In this document: positions 57,836 to 64,000 of the stretch, in pieces
How positions within the stretch are numbered: position 1 is the stretch's first letter
How the letters are laid out: each line of letters starts with the position of its first letter
Source: Phycisphaeraceae bacterium
GTDB lineage: Bacteria; Planctomycetota; Phycisphaerae; Phycisphaerales; UBA1924
DNA: 64,000 nucleotides
Assembly (NCBI GenBank): GCA_019636625.1
Contig: JAHBXE010000020.1
Location: 1 to 64,000 of the forward strand
Reading direction: 5' to 3'
Notes under the pieces: generated by a model
What the model was told of the DNA's origin: nothing
The model's database searches: none
The model's input: the letters and a program-made list of their open reading frames with translations, nothing else
Made by a program: the position numbers and the translations under genes

Positions 57836-59413
57836 TCACTCATCGTCTTCGATCGAGCCTTCATCGCCGCTCGTCGAATCGTCCATAGGCCGCACGATTT
57901 TCTCGATGAATGAGATCTCCTCGGCGGAGAGGCTGTACTTCTTGTAGAGGTCCTTGTCTGTCCACTCCTTCGACCACTTCTGCAACGGCACAAATGTGTA
58001 GACCTTTCGGGTCGTGTCCTGTGCGGGCTTGTGCAGTAAAATCAGGAACCGCGTGAACCTGCAGTAGAGGTAAGACAGCGCGCTTTCGGCCTCTGCCTTG
58101 GAACTAAAGGGGCCAATGCATAGATATGTCTCGGAGCAAATGCTGCCGGGCTCGCCCACAAACGGCGTGCTGATGACGCGGTGGGGATAGGTGTCCTTGT
58201 TGCCGGTTCCCGGCGCCGCGCGCCCAACGTAGATCTTCCAACAGTCAATCAACTCCGTTCCCACCTCAATGGAGCCCCTCGGTGTGTAGCCCTTGCCCCC
58301 ATTCTGGTACACGACAACGTCACCGCTCGCCTTGGTGGTCTTGCCCTTGAAGTATGTCCGGAGTCCGAACGGTCGAAGCGAACTGATGAGACGATCAAAG
58401 CGAGAGCCGTCTGGCAACTCAAGCGTGTTTGCATCAGGTCGCTCCGCGGCAGCGACCTTTCGGAGAATCGCGAGTCCTTCGTTAAATCGCACGAAGATGC
58501 CCACGCCGGTTTCCTGAATCTCACGGATCGCGGAGGAGACCGGCCAGTCCTTGAAGTGTGTCGAAACACGACATGGACCCGGGTTGTCGCGATCCCACAG
58601 GAAATAGCACACCCCGCCTTTCAGCCCGATGCCCGGGAACAGATCGGACGCAGTGAGGTAGTCGGTGATTGACCGCAGCCGCCGGTCCTTGAGCATCGTC
58701 TCCCTGAACGCGTCCAGCCCCTTTCCGCCCGCAAACCACCGCGCGGGAATGACCATTGTCAGATACCGTGGTTGGAGCTTCATGGCCTGCTGTACGAACT
58801 CGTGGTAGATCGGCGATGCGCTCCGTCCGAACCCGCCGTCGTTCATCTGGTAGGGTGGGTTGCCGACGATGACATCAAACTTCACACTAAACTCCTTTGT
58901 CGGATCGACACCGTGGATGAGCGGGTAGGCATAGGCCTCTCGGCCCTCGTCGCGATTTAGTTCTGTCTTGGTCGCGCCGCATTCGGCGCACCGGCCGGAC
59001 TTGTCCCACGTGTGGCTCGTCCTCGGCAGCCGGATGTTCCCATCCGCCCGCGTGAAGGCCGTGGCGATGCTGAACTTCCCGTCGGCCTTCTTCGAGCAGT
59101 ACACGCTCCGCCTGGCGATGTGGCCGGTCAGTTCGGTGATCGCCAGCCCGAAGACCTGCCGCGTTAGGATGTGGTCGATGCGGGCCTGCGTGTCGGGCAT
59201 TTGGTCCTTGAGCCCCTCGTTGAGCCTACGGGCGATCTCGCGCAGGAAGACGCCCGACTTGCACACGGGGTCAAGGAACGTCGTGTCCGGTCGGCGGAAG
59301 AGGTCCTCCGGCAAGAGGTCAAGCATCGCCGCTGCGAGCTTGGGCGGCGTGAAGACCTCATCGGCGCTGAGGTTGGCCAGGCAAGTGAGGATGTCGGGGT
59401 TATGCCCGTTCAA
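57836..59413 (-). CDS. N6-adenine DNA methyltransferase, Eco57I-family with C-terminal specificity domain
   Basis: EVFTPP...FLDPVCKSGVFL (motif X/I) and VIVGNPPYQ (motif IV, NPPY). Confidence 0.75.
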   Translation of the reverse strand: MNGHNPDILTCLANLSADEVFTPPKLAAAMLDLLPEDLFRRPDTTFLDPVCKSGVFLREIARRLNEGLKDQMPDTQARIDHILTRQVFGLAITELTGHIARRSVYCSKKADGKFSIATAFTRADGNIRLPRTSHTWDKSGRCAECGATKTELNRDEGREAYAYPLIHGVDPTKEFSVKFDVIVGNPPYQMNDGGFGRSASPIYHEFVQQAMKLQPRYLTMVIPARWFAGGKGLDAFRETMLKDRRLRSITDYLTASDLFPGIGLKGGVCYFLWDRDNPGPCRVSTHFKDWPVSSAIREIQETGVGIFVRFNEGLAILRKVAAAERPDANTLELPDGSRFDRLISSLRPFGLRTYFKGKTTKASGDVVVYQNGGKGYTPRGSIEVGTELIDCWKIYVGRAAPGTGNKDTYPHRVISTPFVGEPGSICSETYLCIGPFSSKAEAESALSYLYCRFTRFLILLHKPAQDTTRKVYTFVPLQKWSKEWTDKDLYKKYSLSAEEISFIEKIVRPMDDSTSGDEGSIEDDE

Positions 59414-60098
59414 TCGAGGCCTCGGCGTCGCCCACCTTCAGGTAATGGCACGGGGGGTACTCGTCCACGGGAGTTGGGACAAAGACATCCTCTCCCAGGT
59501 CGCTGAAAAGAGGCTGGTTCGAGGTATGGGCGTGTTCGAGCAGGTGGCAGTAGGCGAAGTCCCGGCGTTTAAGCATTGAGCCGTTGATCGGCGACCACTC
59601 GGGGAACACGATCGGACGATCCTGGAGCGTGCGGAGTGTGAGGGCATCGCCCTGTACGATGTTCTTGGACAGGATATAGGCCGCCGCTTGGACAACCTCG
59701 TCGGGCGGCGGCGCTTTGAAACGGGCCGCGTAGGCATCGCTGACCACGGTCAACAGTCGGTCGCGGCAGGCGGCGATGTTGTCGGCAAGCAGGTCGATGC
59801 CGTACAGGCTGGAGATGGCCAGGATGGCGTCACGTTCCCACTTGTCGCGGTTACGGACGTTTTTTGTGTCAACGGTCAGCAGCTTTCGCCGCAGGACTTC
59901 AGCGAGGAAGTTGCCGTCGCCGCAGGCGGGTTCGAGGAAGCGCGAGTCGATGCGTTCGCACTCGTGGGCGACGAGGTTGAGCATGTCGTTCACGAGCCCG
60001 GGCGGGGTGAAGACTTCGCCGTGGTCGATGATGCGCTGGCGGGATTTCACAACCTGATTGTAGTGGGTAGTTTCCGGGAGCACGAAGACACTGGCCAC
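59400..60098 (-). CDS. short DNA-methyltransferase-like protein (motif I only, no NPPY)
   Basis: EVFTPPGLVNDML...LEPACGDGNFLAEVL resembles the N-terminus of the adjacent methyltransferase. No catalytic NPPY found. Overlaps the downstream gene by 14 nt. Confidence 0.5.
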   Translation of the reverse strand: MASVFVLPETTHYNQVVKSRQRIIDHGEVFTPPGLVNDMLNLVAHECERIDSRFLEPACGDGNFLAEVLRRKLLTVDTKNVRNRDKWERDAILAISSLYGIDLLADNIAACRDRLLTVVSDAYAARFKAPPPDEVVQAAAYILSKNIVQGDALTLRTLQDRPIVFPEWSPINGSMLKRRDFAYCHLLEHAHTSNQPLFSDLGEDVFVPTPVDEYPPCHYLKVGDAEASIERA

Positions 60099-60099
60099 T

Positions 60100-60230
60100 C
60101 AGAGCCTGTGGCCAGTGCCACCAGCAACCAGACAGTGCCACATGGGGCATGTGAAGACACTGGCCACTCAGAGCCTGTGGCCAGTGCCACCAGCGGCCTG
60201 CCAGTGCCACCGGGCGGTGGCACGGGTGTG
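60100..60230. terminator. cluster of hairpins (duplicated 42-bp palindrome-containing unit) downstream of the ABC permease gene
   Basis: GAAGACACTGGCCACtcagagccTGTGGCCAGTGCCACCAGC occurs twice, each with a 10-bp stem CACTGGCCAC/GTGGCCAGTG. GTGCCACCGggCGGTGGCAC is a further palindrome. The cluster sits just 3' of the stop at 60231 on the minus strand. Confidence 0.5.
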
Positions 60231-62102
60231 TTACTTCACGCCGGCGAGGCGGCGGACGATCATGTCGAAGTTTTTGACCATGTGGGCGTGGATGCCGTAG
60301 ATGATGGCGAAATAGAGGGGGACGGCGAGGATGCAGGCGCCGAGGAAGAGGGAGAGGCGTGGGGAGTCGAGGCCGCCGCTGCCGGTGACGGATTCGAGCA
60401 TGGCGTCGCCGGGGTAGATGGTGGCGAAGAGGAGGGAGGCGGGGCTGACGGCGCCCATGGCGGGGCCGGCGTAGGAGATGCTGCCGGCGGCGTTCCAGCC
60501 GCAGAGGCCGACGATGCCGGAGATGATGCCGGCGACGGCGACGGTGCCGACGACGGAGGAGAGGGTGCCCTTGCTTTTGAGTGACCAGTAGAGGCCGACC
60601 ATGACGCAGAAGGCCATGAAGGGGACGATGACGAGGGTGGCGAGGAGGCCGGCCTCGGGGAGGATGAGGGGCTCGGTGATGGTGGTGGTGACGACGGTGG
60701 TGGTGAGGCGGGTGTTGCCCTTGCCCAGTCCGTCGGTGAGGGTGTAGAGGCCGGCGAGGGCGAGGGTGCCGATGGGGACGGCGAGGAGGGGGAGGAGGTA
60801 GGCGATGAGGCCGCGGACCTTGCCGGAGAGGTAGGCGGCCTGGGTGATGGGGGTGGTGAGGAGGAGGTCGAGGGTGCCGTCCTCGCGTTCGCGGCTGATG
60901 GCGATGGCGGCCATGTTGACGGCGATGAGGGTGGTGACGATGAGCTCGCCCAGGACTGTGGATATGAGGGCGAGGCGGAAGTTGGCGGCGTTCATCGAGC
61001 CGGTGTGGAACATCACGATGAGGGCGATGCCCCAGAGGCCGCCGGCGGCGACGAAGCTCCAGCGGGCGAGGATGCGGCTGAAGGTGCTGTTGCGGGAGGC
61101 GGCCTCGCGCCAGGCGATGGGGTTGTGCCAGACGGCGCGTGGGGGGCGGTGTTCGGCGCCGGCGCGGCCGAAGCCGAACAGGCGGCGGTACCACGGGGCC
61201 TTGCCCGTGCGCTCGCCGGCGCCGGTGAGGGAGGACAGGCCGCCGAGGCGGACGGTGAAGGTGGAGAGGCCGACGAGGAGGAGGCTGAGCAGGGAGCTGC
61301 CGGTGCACCAGAGGGAGACGGGGGATTCGAAGAACCAGGCTCGGAGGCCGGTGAGGGTGCCGGCTTCGGCGGTCATGTAGGTGGAGGGGCTGAGGAGGGA
61401 CTTGAGGCAGAGGAAGGGGTTGAGGGCGGTCATCCAGGTGACGCCGCGGCCGCCGGGGCCGGCGCCGCTGCCGTTGGAGACGAGCCAGGCGTCGAGGGCG
61501 ATGGTGAGGGCGAGGTAGGAGACGACGGCGATGTAGAAGGCGAAGACGGCGCGTTTGCCGACGAGTCGGGAGACGGAGAGGGCGATGGCGATGGAGCCGA
61601 CGAGGAGGGCGGCGGAGCCGGCGATGGCGTAAGAGATGAAGATGGAGCGGCCGGGGACGCCGCCGAAGTACTGGGTGAGGGCGAAGAGGGGGAGTGAGGA
61701 GAGGAGGAGGGCGAGGATGAAGAAGAGGCGGCCGGAGAGGTTGCCGAGGACGATCTGGAGGGCGGAGAGGGGGGTGGTGAGGAGGACTTCCCAGGTGCGG
61801 GGGCTGGCTTCCTGGGCGATGGCGCCGGCCATGAAGACGGGGGCGAGGATGCAGATGAGGGCGACCTGGAGGTAGGCGACCCAGGCGAAGCTGTTGGCGC
61901 CGGCCTGGGCGAGCTGGGAGTAGGACATGGCGCCGGAGGAGCCGGGGGCGAGGAGGGACCAGAGGAGGACGAGGATGAGAGCGGCGAGGTAGCCGGCGCG
62001 GATATAGAGGTGGCGGGTGCGGCGGGAGCCGTTGTGGACGAGACGGACCGTGATGGGGTTGGTGGGGACGAGGCGGAGGAACCAGCGGAGGATGGGGGGC
62101 AT
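60231..62102 (-). CDS. ABC-2 type transporter permease (duplicated polytopic membrane protein)
   Basis: Start chosen at MPPILRWFLRL (ATG 62102). About 12 TM helices in two halves. No ATPase domain seen in the window. Confidence 0.6.
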   Translation of the reverse strand: MPPILRWFLRLVPTNPITVRLVHNGSRRTRHLYIRAGYLAALILVLLWSLLAPGSSGAMSYSQLAQAGANSFAWVAYLQVALICILAPVFMAGAIAQEASPRTWEVLLTTPLSALQIVLGNLSGRLFFILALLLSSLPLFALTQYFGGVPGRSIFISYAIAGSAALLVGSIAIALSVSRLVGKRAVFAFYIAVVSYLALTIALDAWLVSNGSGAGPGGRGVTWMTALNPFLCLKSLLSPSTYMTAEAGTLTGLRAWFFESPVSLWCTGSSLLSLLLVGLSTFTVRLGGLSSLTGAGERTGKAPWYRRLFGFGRAGAEHRPPRAVWHNPIAWREAASRNSTFSRILARWSFVAAGGLWGIALIVMFHTGSMNAANFRLALISTVLGELIVTTLIAVNMAAIAISREREDGTLDLLLTTPITQAAYLSGKVRGLIAYLLPLLAVPIGTLALAGLYTLTDGLGKGNTRLTTTVVTTTITEPLILPEAGLLATLVIVPFMAFCVMVGLYWSLKSKGTLSSVVGTVAVAGIISGIVGLCGWNAAGSISYAGPAMGAVSPASLLFATIYPGDAMLESVTGSGGLDSPRLSLFLGACILAVPLYFAIIYGIHAHMVKNFDMIVRRLAGVK

Positions 62103-62192
62103 TGCGGGAGATGCTACCGGGGAGGGGGGGGTTGGGTTCGGGGACGGAATCGGTGGGGGCAGCAGGGGGGGACAGGCCTTGGGAGTCGGGGA

Positions 62193-62455
62193 TTCAAAGA
62201 TGGCCACGGGTGGGAGGGGGGTTGGCCATCTTTGACATGAGGCGATTGAACGATGAGGGCGTGCGGAAGAGAGCCTTCTTTCGTTGAGATCATTTGGGTG
62301 GGCGGGGTGCACGTGGGCTTGAGGGCATCGAAGTCCCGCAAAGCCGGGACTTCGATGGCACGGGTTCAAAGATGGCCACGGGTGGTAGAGGGGTTGGCCA
62401 TCTTTGACGTGAGGCGAAGGAACGATGAGGGCGTGCGTAAGGGAGCCTTCCTTAC
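62193..62455. repeat. two ~95-bp dispersed repeat copies (~90% identical) flanking a palindromic hairpin element
   Basis: TTCAAAGATGGCCACGGGTGG...GGTTGGCCATCTTTGAC...GAACGATGAGGGCGTGCG...GAGCCTTC occurs at 62193-62285 and 62355-62452. The hairpin CATCGAAGTCCCG-caaagc-CGGGACTTCGATG at 62326-62357 has the same stem as the element at 30.8 kb. Confidence 0.75.
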
Positions 62456-62697
62456 TTTGGTTCGTTTTGTGGGGGGTGGGGGGGGCGCGATGGCGGCCAT
62501 CTGGCCAGGGAGGCTTCCGAAATTTGGTATTGGCGGAAGGCTCCGGCCATGGTAAGGTGGGCCGGGTCAGCAATGAGATCAGCTCGGTCGGGGATTGTCG
62601 CGGTGATGGCCTTGGCCGGGGTGTTCGTGTCCGCGCGGAGCGGTCTTGTCGATCGACTTGGCGAAAGCGGGCGATGGTTTTTGTTCGGAGGAATCAC

Positions 62698-64000
62698 ATG
62701 AAGCAGCCACAAGCGAAGGTAACGGCGGCGGCGTTGTTCTGCTGCGCCGGGATGGCGTACGGGCAGGTGTGGAACGAGTTGGGGGATGCGGGGGACCTGC
62801 CGGTGTCGGCGCAGGCGGTGACGGGGGCGGGGACGCTGTCGGGCATCGCGGGAACGATGGATGCGAACGATGTGGACATGTACCGGTTCCTGGTGTGCGA
62901 CGCCGCGAACTTCTCGGCGACGACGGTGGGGCAGGTGACGTGGGACACGCAGCTGTGGCTGTTTTCGACGACGGGGGTCGGGGTGGTGTACAACGATGAT
63001 TCGCCGGCGGGCACTCTGCAGTCGCGTCTGACGAACCTCTTTGTTCCGGCCAACGGCGAGTACCTGATCGCCATAACGCGGTACAACCGGGATGCGGTGG
63101 ATGCATCCAATCAGCTGCTCTGGCTCAACGCGCCGTTCAATGTCGAGCGGGCGCCGGACGGCCCCGGGGCTGCGAATCCGGTTGCCTCGTGGGTGAACAC
63201 GACGGTGAGCGGCGGGACGTACACGATCGCGATGACGGGGTCGTGCTTTATCGCTGGTGGTCCCACAGGGGCGTGCTGCCTCGGGGCCCCCGGATACTCG
63301 TGCATCACGACGTCGTCGAGTTCGTGCGCCACGGCGGGTGGGACGTACCTGGGCGATGGGTCGCTGTGCAGCTCGTGCCCGCCGCCGCCGACGGGGGCGT
63401 GCTGCCTGAATGATGGGACGTGCCAGACGTTGACGCAGTTGGCGTGCATCACCGCCAACGGCACGTACGCGGGCAACGGCGTGTTGTGCGCGGCGGCGAA
63501 CTGCCCGCCGGGCGGGGCGTGCTGCTTCTTTGCGACGTGCTCGACGCTGACCTCGGCGGCGTGCGCGGCCCAGGGCGGAGCGTGGCTGGGGGCCGGGTCG
63601 GCCTGCGGCTCGTGCCCGACGCCGTACGCCGAGACGGGCGACGCCGGGGATTTGCCGGCGACGGCGGAGAGCGTCAACGGCTCGGGCACGCTCGTCGGGA
63701 TCGTGGGCAACCTGGGCACGGGCGATGCGGACATGTTCAAGATCAACGTCTGCAACGCCGCGAACTTTGAGGCGAGCACGGTGGGCCTGACGACGGTGGA
63801 CACGCAGTTGTTCCTGTTCAAGTCGGACGGGACGGGCGTGGCGGTGAACGACGACCACGTGGTGATCGCGCCGGAGGCGACGACGCTGCAGTCGCGGATC
63901 ACGAGCCAGTTTGTGGCGCCGCTGGGCAACGGGGACTACTACCTGGGTATCTCGCAGTACAACAAGGACCCGCAGGGCAACGTGACCTCGGGCCTGATCT
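62698..64000 (+). CDS. secreted protein with two PPC (pre-peptidase C-terminal)-like domains and Cys-rich tandem repeats (partial, runs off the window)
   Basis: Not in the ORF track because it has no stop in the window. I translated it by hand from ATG 62698 (RBS GGAGG 8 nt upstream) and found no stop through 64000. Signal peptide MKQPQAKVTAAALFCCAGMAYGQ. Two ~130-aa domains carry DANDVDMYRF and GTGDADMFKI (PPC-like DxDxYxF). Three GACCx5Cx3Tx3C...GxYxGxGxxCxxxxCP repeats lie between them. Confidence 0.65.
   Translation, partial: MKQPQAKVTAAALFCCAGMAYGQVWNELGDAGDLPVSAQAVTGAGTLSGIAGTMDANDVDMYRFLVCDAANFSATTVGQVTWDTQLWLFSTTGVGVVYNDDSPAGTLQSRLTNLFVPANGEYLIAITRYNRDAVDASNQLLWLNAPFNVERAPDGPGAANPVASWVNTTVSGGTYTIAMTGSCFIAGGPTGACCLGAPGYSCITTSSSSCATAGGTYLGDGSLCSSCPPPPTGACCLNDGTCQTLTQLACITANGTYAGNGVLCAAANCPPGGACCFFATCSTLTSAACAAQGGAWLGAGSACGSCPTPYAETGDAGDLPATAESVNGSGTLVGIVGNLGTGDADMFKINVCNAANFEASTVGLTTVDTQLFLFKSDGTGVAVNDDHVVIAPEATTLQSRITSQFVAPLGNGDYYLGISQYNKDPQGNVTSGLI

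Noticed and set aside
59899-61308. 469-aa minus-strand ORF (Arg/Pro/His-rich)
   Set aside because: It overlaps the ABC-2 permease gene in another frame and has no TM or enzymatic motifs.
62452-63929. Minus-strand ORFs 62452-63858 and 63111-63929
   Set aside because: They are antisense to the manually translated plus-strand PPC-domain gene, which has a signal peptide, an RBS and domain signatures.
1-64000. tRNA/rRNA genes
   Set aside because: No cloverleaf-compatible segment with T-loop (GTTCRANYC) or anticodon-stem signatures stood out. No rRNA-like conserved blocks. This cannot be fully excluded without tRNAscan or Infernal.

Overview
The window is 64 kb of high-GC (~68-70%) bacterial chromosome, most likely from a member of the Planctomycetota. 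Supporting this are a DUF1559-type H-X9-DG pseudopilin-like gene, a lamin-tail-domain protein, PEP-CTERM-like tails and many secreted repeat proteins. Housekeeping genes are interspersed with accessory genes. Those I recognise are feoAB, gatB, lysA, rlmN, pdxH-rpoN-recR, nuoE, nuoD, dut, ruvA, a CapD-like sugar dehydratase, a GDP-mannose pyrophosphorylase and a flotillin. The most notable feature is a family of at least six secreted proteins with unrelated N-terminal domains (Kelch-like, RCC1 and others). All end in the same ~60-aa, six-cysteine double repeat (CYANCDGSTGTPLLTANDFQCFLNKFAAG x2), which looks like an undescribed C-terminal sorting or anchoring module. Other items worth a second look are an atypical restriction-modification-like defence cluster (two Eco57I-family methyltransferase-like genes plus a T5orf172-helicase fusion), a Cys-rich secreted peptide operon ending in a MauE/DoxX-like membrane protein, PEP-CTERM-like tails, a frameshifted vapBC module, five long G/C homopolymers (three inside 5' coding regions) and several dispersed hairpin repeats. 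Because of the high GC content, many long ORFs in the track are antisense or overlapping artefacts. I rejected these where a recognisable gene occupies the other strand or frame. Gene starts are approximate, since GTG and TTG starts are in use. No tRNA, rRNA or CRISPR was found.
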